A DNA stretch of 64,000 nucleotides, from the NCBI GenBank assembly GCA_034780895.1, contig JAUZTB010000048.1, positions 29,460,585 to 29,524,584 on the forward strand, given 5' to 3'. This DNA comes from Rhynchobatus australiae (lineage: Eukaryota). The notes below the pieces were generated by a model. The model saw nothing but the letters and a program-made list of their open reading frames with translations. It searched no databases and was not told the origin of the DNA. Numbering within the stretch: the first letter of the stretch is position 1; each line of letters starts with the position of its first letter. A program made the position numbers and the translations under genes. Of the stretch, positions 1 through 12,870 are shown piece by piece.

Positions 1-775
1 GACCTGATCTTTCAAAAATAATAAATGTCTGTGTGAGGTAGATCACCCTCATGGACAGGAAGTGAATCATATCCCAGGGTAGCTGTGATTTATTCAATTT
101 ATCGATATTATTTAAAATTAATGAGTTAGAGATTTAAAAATTGATGGCATTTAACGATGTTTATGGTTTTTATTCCATTGAAGCTGAAAATAGTGTAAAT
201 GTTAATAAGTTATTTGCTCTGCTCGTGGGTTTAGAGTGATGTTGATATCTGTTTAGTTCATTGTGAGAGGTGAATGTAGAATGCAAATATAGTCCTTGAA
301 AAAACATAGTTGTATAATGCATGAATCTTTTAAATGAGTCTTACTCTTCAAACATGTTTTAGTAAAGGAAAGTGGGAAAAATTCAGTATTGATTTTGTGG
401 TTTTAAAAAGAAATCAAAACTTTAATGCTCTATTTTATACGGATGTAAGCCATGGCAGAGGAATGTGTCAGTGGTGCATGACGATCTGCTTGCTGTACTG
501 TCATGAGATGTGTTTCTCATTCTAATTGAGTGTTGAAGAGACTGTTACATGCTGACAAGGCTTGAGCTTTGGACTGGATTTTAAAGTGTTTGAAAAATTT
601 TGGTATTGGCAGTCATGTGTTGCATTGCAAAGTACAACATTGTAATATTCAATAATTTTGTGTGCTCACATGTACTGATTCTGTGATATAACAAAGCATT
701 TACAATTTTCATGAAAGAAAAAGTTTATTTCTTTTTAAATGATGAAATAAATGATATAAATATACTTTTCTCTTG
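1..775 (+). other. Probable terminal 3' UTR of an upstream + strand gene, with AATAAA at 746-751
   Basis: AT/U-rich sequence with no recognisable repeat and TGTA/ATTTA motifs. AATAAA at 746-751 is followed by a T/C-rich downstream tract; a second AATAAA is at 20-25. Confidence 0.45.
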
Positions 776-3700
776 CTCTTCTGAAGGCATTGCTTGAAAT
801 ATGATGCATAATGGACATTATTCTCTTTTCATTTATTCTTTACTGGTGTCCCGTTTAGATGTGGAACATTATATTGCTTACTTTGTGGAATTCTATTTGT
901 ATAGCAGAGTAAGCTATATTTTTTCTATTGTACAATATATTTGTGTATTATTTGTTATAGCAAAAGCCAAAAAGTTGTCATGACATATCACATCAAAAGC
1001 TTCTGTGAATATCGTGTTTGAAAGGTGATGGGGGAGGTGGCGGCGATGGATGTTGAATCATGCAAGTTTTCGACCTCACCCAATGCCATCGGACAGAAGT
1101 ACCAAGTGGATGCCAGTTACCTTCCTACAAAGAGATCTGGAAAATCACTGGATGCATCATCTTGAGCAATTATTTTGACGTCATTGCTAGTTTGTCTTTT
1201 TGCTGCCTAATCACTATCAACATGTCCAAAAAAACTTTGAACACATGTTTAGAAACTCGCACAAATTATGTCGTAAATGTGTTATGAAACAATGGGTCAA
1301 CTTGCCTGTGCAGAAATTTGGTGGAGCAGCTCACTCACCCATTATGGAATCTGCCTGATTTTACCAGACAGTTTCTATAACGTGCAAGTGATGCACTCAG
1401 TCAGATCATTGTCCAGGAGTGAAGATAAACATCTAGGACACAGGGGTGGAAATTAATCCTCAACAGCATCCGATAAATACCTGCTATAATTGTGTATGTG
1501 CGTTGAACACTACTTCCAGAATATGGCTCCACCAAAATCAATGGAACCAAATTTCAGAAGTAGTGTACAATGCCCAGTCACTGGTATATGGGCAACATTG
1601 TGTGCTAACTGTCATGGATGAACTTCTACCTCTTTTCCTGTAAGACATATACCTGATGAGTGGAGCAATATTCTTTTTTGGAGGTTGCAAGAGCCCTCCA
1701 TGAAATGAGATTAGGAACACTCCACCCAGTTCTTGATGGAATTGTTCCTAGTGCATAAACTCACTGTAAGTGGAACTTGTTCATAATAAGTGGTGCGAGA
1801 GGCATGTTGCTGTGATAAGGTGAAGGAAATGTTATTCTGCATCTAATCTTCAAAATAGAGTGTTGATACTGATAATGGATGTCTAAATATTTTCAGCATT
1901 AATGAACCTCATCTTGATGATCATAAAAATTGTATTTTGAAAACATTTGCTGGGAACATCATTGATGGCTGAATCACAACCACCAACTTTGGCAGACAAT
2001 CCCTGGATAGGGAGAAGTTTCTTGATTACCTGCCAGCAGTATTAGGGATTTGTCTGGGCTGCCTGTTATGATAAAGATGCTGTAAAATCATTCAAGGATG
2101 GCCCAATGAGATGGCGTGTTAAGAGCCCCTATGAGGTAGATATTATTTACCGTCTTCACCCATTGTAAGAGGTTTGTCCTCAATATTATTTTTGAAGAAA
2201 AGAAAATAACTTATAATAATTGGAGGACCATTCCCTGCCTGGAACAGTAGGTTGGGTCTTTTTCAGGTCCTTGGCATAGGTACATATCAAGGCCGAGATT
2301 TCTGCTAACTCTGACACAAATTGCATTTTATGAGGCATATGGAGAGCTTGGCTTCGCAACACTATTTGGAACATTCAACCAAAGGCTCAGAGCTTACTCA
2401 CTTCCTGCCAACTTGATGAACTCCAGTTGAAAAATTTCAGGGTTACTGCTTGTTACAACCAAGCTGTGAAATTCACCATTCTTTGAAGATGCAAATGTGG
2501 GCCACACATAACTTATTCACATCAGCATTGAGTGGTAATTTGAATGACAAAATTTAAACTATTTATGGGTCAAAGATCATATTACAGAATTAAGTATGAG
2601 CAATGGTTAAGAATTTTAATGTTGTCTGATGCATAATAAAGGATTATGTGTAAGGTGGATTTGCATTTCAAAATACCACCATAAGCAGGAAATAACCCTT
2701 AAAAATAACCAAAAAGGCAGCACCAAATATCACGAATTAATTTATGCTGTTTTCTGTGCACTGTTTGTGATCATAATGGAAGTTATTCACAAAGGCTTCT
2801 ATCATTTCTATTATGATGCTATCAGTATACATGTTAATTTATAAAGATCTTATTCTGATTACAAATATTCTTAAGCAGAATAACATATAGAAATCACTTA
2901 TTCTTGGGGGATAGGGCAAGGGAGATCATTGGGAAAAACACTGCATCCACCTAGCAGGTGTCAGAAGAAGAAATTTTTTNNNNNNNNNNNNNNNNNNNNN
3001 NNNNNNNNTGTGGTCATTTGAAATGACAGTGTTGGAGCTTCAAAGTGTTTGCTTGGATTTTTTTCAGATTTGTAACTTAAATATTTATGCATGTTTAATA
3101 TACCAGCAGTGTAATATAGGGCATTTTAATAGAAGATATTACATCTGTGTGTATACATTTATTATTACTATGAATCTGGTGTAATGTTTCTGTGTTTATT
3201 AAACACTGCATCCTCTGCTTGATGTAAGTTTCAGTATAAGAGATGCATTAGTATATTTAAAGTGTCAAAAGCGATTCTCTTTCAATGTAGAAGTTGACTT
3301 GGGGCTTAATTTGACTGGATGTATGAATGAGGAATGTAAGCTGAGTGAGTGACAAGATTGCAAGGTCACGCTGAGGTGACTTTGGCTATTTTAACCCAGG
3401 CTTGTCATGTCTGGTTGGACCACATACAGGAAGGTTATATAACATAACTGCCTCTAACCACTTCTTCTCCAGATTACTTCAGTGATCACATGATATATCA
3501 GTCAATAATGATGGCTACAGTGCTCACAGTTCTCTGAGCTCCAAAAACTGCTCCAGNNNNNNNNNNNNNNNNNNNNNNNNNNNNNNNNNNNNNNNNNNNN
3601 NNNNNNNNNNNNGTGAATATTGCTGCCCTGCTCTTTGGGAGCCTGGCCAAAATGAAAGAGGAAGAGAACATGTCAAGTTGATCTCAGTAGTGATCAGCAG

Positions 3701-5059
3701 TATTTTTTTTAGTTCTGGGAGACCCTAGCAATATCATATTTGGCAAACCTATTGAATATTATAGCTGCTAGGCCTTGTCTATATGCTGGAGTCATCTCCT
3801 ACTTAAACATAGTTACCGGGTAGGGTGAAAGAGTTTGTGTGACAGGACTCCATTGCCAGGAAACTGGTGGCAGTAATCTACGTAATAGGAAAATAGGGCT
3901 TAAGAAGTGATGACGGTCAGGAGAGGGAGAAATCCTGTCACAGAAGATGACCAAAGTTTCCTTAAGGACATGGAATAACATTACCGTCCTGGCCCATAAA
4001 CAAAACATTGAAACTGTTCACCTTGTTGGGCCTCTTCCAGTCCTGGATCAACCTGCACCCAGCTTTGGCCAGTGTGATCAACATTGTGCACTAATCACGT
4101 AGATGAGTGCAAAATCACAACCAAATGGAGTCCAACGCAAACAAGGAAATAGCTGCTGTCTTCCTATTTTAACCTCCTGTTCACAACAATCATGATGTTG
4201 TTAGTGTTAGTGTGCATGTGTTTGGCTGTAAAAGTAATTTACATAGTGCAGATTAAATTTTGTTATGTGCTCTGCACAGTATAAGGTAAATACCTACGCA
4301 TGTATCTGATGTTCTCTTCTGTGATGTACAGAATCATGTGCTGTAGGATGTTTGAGTGTGGATGTTACACATGTATAACTGGATATTTAGCCACAATCTA
4401 GACCAAATCTGAGTGTTGATGAGCTATCTCTTTAGTACAATCTAATTGTGTCCACACCTTAAATGTCCTTGCCAAGTATGATTTAATCATAACTTTAATA
4501 AAAATCCTTTGTAAAACTTTAAAGGTGCAACAAGAGTACAGCTTGGCTGATAGATATCTGAATGTTTAAATAGACATTACTTTGGAAAATGCCTTCTGTG
4601 TTGCCAGTTAAAACTGTCAACTGGCTTCTGCCAACATTTTCAAGGATGCAAGCAGTCAGTGTAAGGAAGGTTTCAAGCTTCATGAAAATCTTACCTAAAT
4701 GACTCATATTTTCCTAATGATAAAGATCGCATATTAATATTTATGATGCTTATATACATTTCCCTTTGCTCTAATCTGTTTACTGATGGAGTGCAGTATT
4801 GGCAGTTAATCCAGAAATATGATCTGAAGAATTACAAAAAAGTATCCAGACTGAATGAAGCAAGATACTTCAATCTTCTTCCAGGCAGAATGCCATTGCT
4901 CTTCTTGCTGTTTTGTAATCCAACAGAGCTTCCAATGGAAAAAGCTTGATTTGAGGATGAAAAATACTACTTGAGAAATAAAACCTATAGATGCTATTTT
5001 GCAGATCAGAAGGTTTCTGAAATAGCAGTGTGATCATTAGTTTTGGTCATGCTGATATT

Positions 5060-5200
5060 GAGGAAGGATTGGTGGCCAAGTTTCAAGAGAATACCCAGCA
5101 CACTCTCAAGTAATACCATGGCATTTTTAACGTCTACCTGTAGCGGCTTTAATTGAAGGACAACAGCTCCAGCAATTCAGCACTTCCGCAGATTCTCAAT
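5060..5200 (-). mobile_element. DeuSINE (SacSINE1/AmnSINE-related) fragment
   Basis: Reverse of the Deu core: ataccatggcatttttaacgtctacctg...cagcaattcagcact. Confidence 0.5.
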
Positions 5201-7027
5201 AAGGTCAACAGGTCTGTCACTGTCAACACCACCAATAAATATTGGTGAGGGATCTTGTTGTGTGCATTCAGCTATAACTTCCAACTACTAGTGCCAAGGA
5301 AGCCATTTAAATATTTTCCAGAAGATTCCAGAAACTTGAAGTGGAAAATCTTGTAAATAAAAAAGTGCCTGAAGAAAGAACATTATTTTTTTCAGGTTAA
5401 TACTTTTCATAACATCTGATTAGTTTTACTACTATGTTAGTCTACATATATTGCTGATAAACCCAATCAACCTCTTGCAAAAAGTTGAACTGGATTATCG
5501 GAGTGAAGTACTGGAAAGTCATCACTGAAGAAATGATCAGTGCTCATTCATCATTCTTTACTTCATTGAGAATTTCATTCAGTAGGGTAAAGGAGTTCAT
5601 TATACAAAGATATTCTGAGAAGCTTGTCAATAGTGATGATTACCACAGCTAACTCCCACAAAGGTTGCACATCAAAATGAAACTGAGAGGATTACACCAT
5701 AAAAATAGTGTTTGGGCTGAACAGTCTCATAGATCACCAGAATCTTGAGATCTGATAGTGCTTATTTCCCTTGCACAGTTTACCATGAAATATTATGTTC
5801 ATTACAACTGAGCCCCAGGTGGCCATGTAGCTTTCAACAATGTTAAATTTCTCATCTAATTTTACACTTTCTAAATTGGTGGCAGATAGAAAGTAATTAA
5901 TTCACATTTAAGAATTTGTGGCAGAAATGTTGATGCTCCTTACTCTGGGTTTAATACTGATTTTCTGAACCATGAATGGCATTAAATCTGTAAATTTATA
6001 GCTGAATAATTGATGAGATCCATGGTGACATCACCAATTGCATTATGAATGTACTTGTTAATATATCCTGACAACCCTACCATTTTGGATTTATCATGTC
6101 CTTCTTCGTGTGTCATTCACTGACAATTGCCTGTGTTTCGACCCTGTAAAATATTTTCCATATCCACAGTGAAGATACAACCAAGCAATGTCAACATATT
6201 TTTTTCATAAATATAAGATAGGCTCAGCTGGGAAATTAGAATGCTTCATCACATGCATTGGATTGTATATATTTCACGGATACTTCCAGAACTTTGACAT
6301 TTTATGTTAATGCTGTGGTTTTGTCAAAATGGTTTTATGTTTTTGCTGAATAGCAAACCAGCAAATACTGTGCCGAGTATGATTCTGTACCTGGCCTCTG
6401 TCCATATTTCTAAGGAAGCAGTTACCAGTTTATTTAAATAGGTTCATCTCTTTGTTAAAATAGCAGGCAGAGGAATGTCATCCAAATGAAAACCAGNNNN
6501 NNNNNNNNNNNNNNNCAGACCACCATCCACCATCAGCCCAGCAACCACCACAACAAAGGCACATACAGTTCGTTTGACCTCCAAAGTTTGTTTCATTAGC
6601 AACCAGGGGAAAATGCTAACATTGGGAAAGCAGTCTCATAGCTAGTTAAACAACAACCTGATAATGTCATAAACTCACAGAATCATGTCTTTAAGCCCAA
6701 CACCCTGGACATCTTAGTAAATTCCTGCAGGTCAGCCTTTCAGAGATGGCAGCACAGTGGCGCACTGTTGAGAGGGAATTGTCCTGCGAATCCTCATCAT
6801 TGACTCCAGACCGCAGGAACTTTCACAGCACAATGTTAGATCTGGCCAAAGAAGCCTTCTGCCGATTACCACCCACTACTCAGCTAATGAATCACTGCTC
6901 CCCCATTTTGACAATGCTTGAAAGAAGTACAGGTGAAGGGAAGAAGAGAGACTAAACTCTGGATGGGGGGCATTGATAAGGATCATTTTGGACCTCCATC
7001 ACCAACTGAGCTTGCTGATTCCTGAAG

Positions 7028-7370
7028 GGTGGCACAGCGAGTTCAGATCTCTCACAGCTGTAGAAACCCAGGTTCAATCCTGACCTTTGGTACTGTCTGT
7101 GTGGAGTTTGCACGTTCTCCCTGTGACTGTCTGGGTTCCCTCTGAGTGCTAAACTTTCCTTCACACCCCAAAAATGTGCAGGTTGGTAGGTTAATTAGTC
7201 ACTGTTAATTGCCTTTGGTGTGTAGGTGAGCAGTAAAATGTCAGGAGAGTTCATGGGAATGTGGGAAGAATAAAATGGGATTAGTGTAGAATCAATGCCG
7301 ATGGGTGCTTGATGGTAGGCACGGACTCAATGGGCTGAAGGGCCTGTTTAAATGCTATATCTCTCTGTGA
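7028..7370 (+). mobile_element. HE1-type tRNA-derived V-SINE with CR1/HER1 3' tail
   Basis: tRNA-like head (ggtggcacagc...ggttcaatcc), V-domain gtggagtttgcacgttctccctgtgact, tail tgggctgaagggcctgtt...tctctgtga. Confidence 0.85.
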
Positions 7371-7899
7371 TATAGCTGCTAGACTGGGTCTAAATCAGGC
7401 TGAGAAAGAACCAACATGAAGTACAAACCTCCTTGAAAACCTACCTAATGCAGATGTATCTGCCCATGACAATATCGGTAGATGTGGCCATTACAGATCT
7501 TTCTGGGAATGAGGTCCTATTTCACCTTTGGACTGAGTAAAGCCACCATTGAGCTGAATGGAAGAGATTCAGCAAATTCAAATCTGGGCAACTGAGATGG
7601 ACCAGAACTGTAATGTCTTTCACCTCATGGCCCATCATTTTACTTACTTTAACACAATGATAAAGATGGAAGACCAGTCTGGGTTTAGTGGGAAACACGT
7701 GAGATGATAACAAAACATGTGGGAGTAAAGGTGGGAGTACCACATGATGAAGCCAAAACACAGGACTAAATGCATGTTAATTGGTGGAAACACCATGCAA
7801 TAACCCAATAGTTTAGACTAATGCTATGTAGTCTTGTCTTATCTATACATGATTGATGGGGTTGGGGGAGGAGGGGGCAATGAAGCATATGATTGAAGG

Positions 7900-8940
7900 A
7901 GAAAGCTGTATGATTAAGCCCAGTGTCAATTACCCTGGAGCTCAGCTCGTGGACATAAAAAAAAGCAAAGGTGAAGTACTTCCAGCGATCTTCAATAAGA
8001 CATGTTCAGTGTTGGTCCACTAGAATTCCTGTAAGGATCGCAACTAAGTAGGAACCAGTTTTCAGCCAATTTGATTTACTCTACATGACATAGAGAAACA
8101 CTGAGCTCACTGGATTCATCAAAAACCTATGGACCACAACAACATTTTGCTGTAGTGCCAAAGGCTCATGCTCCTGAACCATCTGTGTCTTAGACACTCT
8201 TTACCAGTTTAGCCCCCTAATACTGTGCAAAACTGCCCAGATTTCTCCTGTCCATAAAATGCAGCTCAAATCCAATCCAGTCAATTATTGTCCCATCAGT
8301 TCACACTCGTTCATCAGCAAAATGATGTGCTATCTAAAGGCACTTATTCACCAACAACCTGTCACCAATGTTCGTTTGGGTCCTGCCAGGACAGTTCAGC
8401 TCCAGACCTCATCACAGCTTCAGTCAAACATANNNNNNNNNNGAAAGTAACTGCTACCGTCGTCAAGGCAGCGTTTGACTGAGCGAGGCATCTAGAAGCC
8501 CTGGTCAAACTGAATTCAATGAGAATCTCTATGGTTACTGAGGGCCAATCATCTCAGGCCCAAGTGCTGTTGGAGTTCCTCAGGGCATTCATTGTCTAAG
8601 ACCCAACCACATTCAACTGCTTCATATAAAGAAGCATCATTTTACCTGCATAAAGTAAGAATTGAACACAGCAGCACCTCCAAACCCTATGACCTTAATC
8701 ACATAGAAGGATAAGGGCAGCAAAACATAAGGGGATGAAAATGTTCACCATCTACTAGTCCACCTCTCCATTCCACAGCACCTTAACTTGTAAATATATT
8801 GTTGATCTTCTGTTGTCCCTTGTTCAAAATCCTGGAGCTCCCTCCCAGCAGCACTGTTGGAATTACTTAAATGTATGACATCAGTGATTGAAGACATGAC
8901 TCAACACCGTGTTCTGAGAGCAGATCATTGCATGAGTATT
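7900..8940 (+). mobile_element. Old CR1/L2-group LINE fragment
   Basis: Degenerate RT text (YCPISSHSFISK; gttcctcagggc...acccaaccacattcaactgcttcat) and a 3' end caaaatcctggagctccctcccagcagcactg shared with 44130-44655. Confidence 0.6.
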
Positions 8941-10199
8941 AAAGAAAATTTATTGATAATAACTTTTTGATCTTATGTTAGGTCCATGATAAAAAGAAGC
9001 TTTCTACTTTTTGGAAAAATAGCAATGACTTTATAGAGTTGCACAGGAAAGCAACAGGCAATTCTGCACTCCATCTTCTCAATCTCTTCCAAGAATGCCT
9101 GTTCCACACCTTTATACTGGCAGCCCTACTGTTACTCGCCAACATGGGGAATTAGGGAGGAAATCTGTGGTCTCATTCCATTTTCTTGGTAATTGACAAA
9201 GGGATAGGAGTATATTCTTTTACACTGCAAGTTATTTTGAGAAGGCATTCACTGCTTGAAAAGATGATGGAAGCATGTTCATTATAATCTCTCTCCAAAG
9301 GGAATCGGATGTAACTTGAAGTGCTTGGCTTGGGGGGGGGGGGGGTAGAGCAGGGAATGAGTTTATCGGGATATTTCCTTCAANNNNNNNNNNTGCTGTT
9401 CAATAGTATGAATTGGTACAAATATTTCACTGAACAAAACTGTGTCACTATCAAATAACCCATTTGAATCTACTCTGAGTACCTGTTGAGCCACTGTTTA
9501 TGCTTCATTTCATAGTGAAGTGCCTTTGATTATTGTTAACAGGTTAGGTCTATCCATTCAGGTTGAAGGCATAGAGGACACTATAAAAAGATATCAGATA
9601 CTACTGAGGCATCATTTGCTCTTCTGTTGCCGGGCAACTGCAGAGACACCAGTACAGGCATGTTTATGTGGTCCTGGTTGTAGAGTCAAAGGGACAGATC
9701 ACAGTGAACCTGGTAAGGTTTTCCTTTGATGTTATGTTTGGTCATGTGCTTTGTTAACATTTTGAAATTCACTGGACATTAAACAGGCAATGAAGTACAT
9801 TGTATTTGCTATTTCATTGTAATGTAAGAAACAAGGCAGCCAATTTGCACATAGCAAGTCGCACAACAGATTGGATAATCTGAGAGATAAATATTGGCCA
9901 AGAAGCAATGAAATATTAAGAGAGTTTAATTTCTAGATGTTTAGGAGAAAGAAAGTTAATATTTTGACAGGTATCCGTTTAAAGAGAATAAATAAAGAGA
10001 GAGATNNNNNNNNNNNNNNNNNNNNNNNNNNNNNNNNNNNNNNNNNNNNNNNNNNNNNNNNNNNNNNNNNNNNNNNNNNNNNNNNNNNNNNNNNNNNNNN
10101 NNNNNNNNNNNNNNNNNNNNNNNNNNNNNNNNNNNNNNNGTTTCAGAGTGATACTACTGTGGCAGATCAGAATCCTCCACAGAGCACAATGATATTGGG

Positions 10200-11245
10200 G
10201 ATGGGAGATAGAAAGAGGGAAGAGAACTGTTTGTTATATACATCAAAGATGTTAATTTAGACAGTATGATTAGTAAGTTTGCAAATGACACAAAAATTGG
10301 TGATGTGGATAGTGAGGAGAATATTCTCAGGCTACAGAAGGATATTGATCAGCTGGTAAATTGAGCAGATCAAATTTAATCCTGAGTGCAAAGTGATTCA
10401 TTTTGAGAGGTCAGATAAGGGTGGTGCACACACAATTAATGGTAGGGCCCTTGGGAGTATTGAGGAACATAGGGACTTTGGTATATAAGTCCAAAGATTC
10501 CTGAGAGTGGCAGCACAGGTAGAGAGGGTGGTAGAGAAGACATCCAGAATGCAAGCCTTCAAAGGAAAGGGCATGCAATATAAGAATAGGGAAGTGATGA
10601 TTCAGTTTTATAAAAATATTGGAAAATTGGATGCCGTTTTGGTCACCTCAGCTTAGAAAGGATATGATTCCATTGGAGGGAGTGTAGAAGAGATTCACCA
10701 GAGTGCTGCCTGGGATGAAGCATCTCAGTTATGAGGAGAGACTGTATAGGCTGGGTTTGTTTTCCTTGGAGTGGAAAAGGTAGAGGGAAGAAGTNNNNNN
10801 NNNNNNNNNNNNNNNNNNNNNNNNNNNNNNNNNNNNNNNNNNNNNNNNNNNNNNNNNNNNNNNNNNNNNNNNNNNNNNNNNNNNNNNNNNNNNNGGAGTG
10901 GAAAAGGTAGAGGGAAGAAGTGATAGATTATGAGGGGCAAAGATAGGATAGACTGCAGTTGGTGCCAATACCAGAGGGCATAGATTTAAGGTAATGAGTA
11001 AAACATTTAGAAGGGATATAAGGAAGACTTTTTTCACCCAGATGCAGGTTGGAGTTTGGAATGCACTGCCTTAGAGTGTGGTGGAGGACAGATCCTCACA
11101 TCATTCAAGAAGTATCTTGAAGAGCACTTCAATTGTCAAACATGGAAAGCTTGGACCAAGTGCTGGTAAACGGGATTAGTATTGATGATCAGCATTGGCA
11201 GGGTGGGCTGTTTTTGTGGTCTATGACTATGATTCTCTGTGACTC
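10200..11245 (+). mobile_element. CR1/HER1 LINE 3' fragment (RT C-terminus and tail), containing a 100-N gap
   Basis: Translates ISKFANDTKIG..DSEENILRLQKDIDQL, later FFTQ..VGVWNALP; ends in ctatgactatgattctctgtgactct. Confidence 0.85.
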
Positions 11246-12699
11246 TAACTACCTAACTGAATGAGCTGGGGGACTTGGAGCAGAATAAAATGATAATTGC
11301 ATCTAGCTTCAAATCTGGAAACAGACGACTTCACCTGGCTAGTTTAGTCATGAAACAATGGGCTAGGAAGTTTCAGGAAGAAAATGTTGTTCCTCTCAAT
11401 GTATATTGTTTGCACTGAATGCCATGTATTCACTAGATATTAAACAGCCAATGAAGTACTTTGTATTCTGTATTTCATTGTAATGTGAGAAACAAGGCAG
11501 CCAATTTAAAATAGATGAACAAAATAATGAAATTGGTATTTATAAACTGGTGTTTGAACTTGCCATGAATAGTTTTTCAAATGCAGTTGAAGATGGGAGA
11601 TATTGGGCTGGAAAAACATTAGCATTACAATTGTGCGAGGAGCACTCATTGGGAACCTCCCTAACTCAGTCTGTTTAATGATCTGGAGTTTGAGGAGGTT
11701 CTTTCTTTTGCCACTCTGGGCAGTTCATGCGCACCCATCAGAGCTGGAGGGGAACCGGAGGAGCTTTTGGCCTGCATCTTACTATTTGCCAGATTGTGTT
11801 AATTGTTGTGTTGTGACATGATTTTATAATGTGATGTAACTCGTGTTACAGTTTTAATGCAATGTTTGGTTTGTTTGTTAATTGGCACAGACAAAAGTGC
11901 AGTAACTCTGGTAAAAATGTTCTTTGCGTTCCTGAGTTGCACTTCAGTAATAACCAAAAATAATCCAATTTGACAATGCAAAAGATATAGACTCCTAGGA
12001 TTTCTTTGCTTGTTCCATATGGACTCCATAACAGGATATGTCTGCTATTTATGTTCTTACCTGGCATTGGTCGGATTATTTTTTTTAAAAACTATTTAAA
12101 ATATGATTCAATTATCTTCATGGCTTATTGTTCAGAATAGAGCAACTGCAATATTTTTACAGGGCTCATCACATTGTTGAAATGTTTCAAAACATTCTGC
12201 ACAATGAATGACCTGTTTTAGGGGATGCTGTGACTTTTGCTATGTAGCTCGAGCTGCAGGTTCATTGTGCCAATAACATCCTACAGTGAGCAATTAGAGA
12301 AAATAGTTGAATGTTGCCAAGGACACAAGGCAAAGTTAAGGACAAACATGCATTAAGCAAGTGAAATTTTGCAAAGTCATGGGAAAAGTAAACAAAGAAA
12401 GGAAGAACAAAGCTGTGTTTATAATTTCTTATTGTCCCACTCAGGATGGACAAAGTATTTTACTTTTTGATTTACCCTCATAGGTGTTATCCTGGCACAG
12501 GAAATNNNNNNNNNNNNNNNNNNNNNNNNNNNNNNNNNNNNNNNNNNNNNNNNNNNNNNNNNNNNNNNNNNNNNNNNNNNNNNNNNNNNNNNNNNNNNNN
12601 NNNNNCTGGCACAGGAAATAATACCAACTTTGAAAAAATCCTGAATGTTTGTTACCACATGAAGTAGCCTTTAGCTAAGAGTGTTGGGCAAATGCGTAA

Positions 12700-12870
12700 A
12701 AAGAAAAACATCAGATTTTATAAATTGCCTTTTAAGTCTCTTTTAGGACATCCCAGAGCACTTTGCTTCTGATGAAGTACTTTTCACTTTGTACTTCATT
12801 GCAATGTTTGAAACTGTAGACAATTTGTAAACAGCAACCACACAACACACCTTCAAGATATTGGAAAAGA
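12700..12870 (-). mobile_element. DeuSINE-type 3' tail
   Basis: ggacatcccagagcactttgc...atgaagtactttt...ttgcaatg, similar to 46520-46820. Confidence 0.45.

Noticed and set aside
9332-9345. Poly-G runs (also ~16397-16409)
   Set aside because: Simple homopolymers within or next to repeat fragments; no evidence of function.
10768-10921. Identical sequence on both sides of 100-N runs (also 12506-12605, 16274-16373, 31950-32049, 50002-50101)
   Set aside because: Fixed-length scaffold gaps with overlapping contig ends; an assembly artefact, not TSDs or a repeat array.
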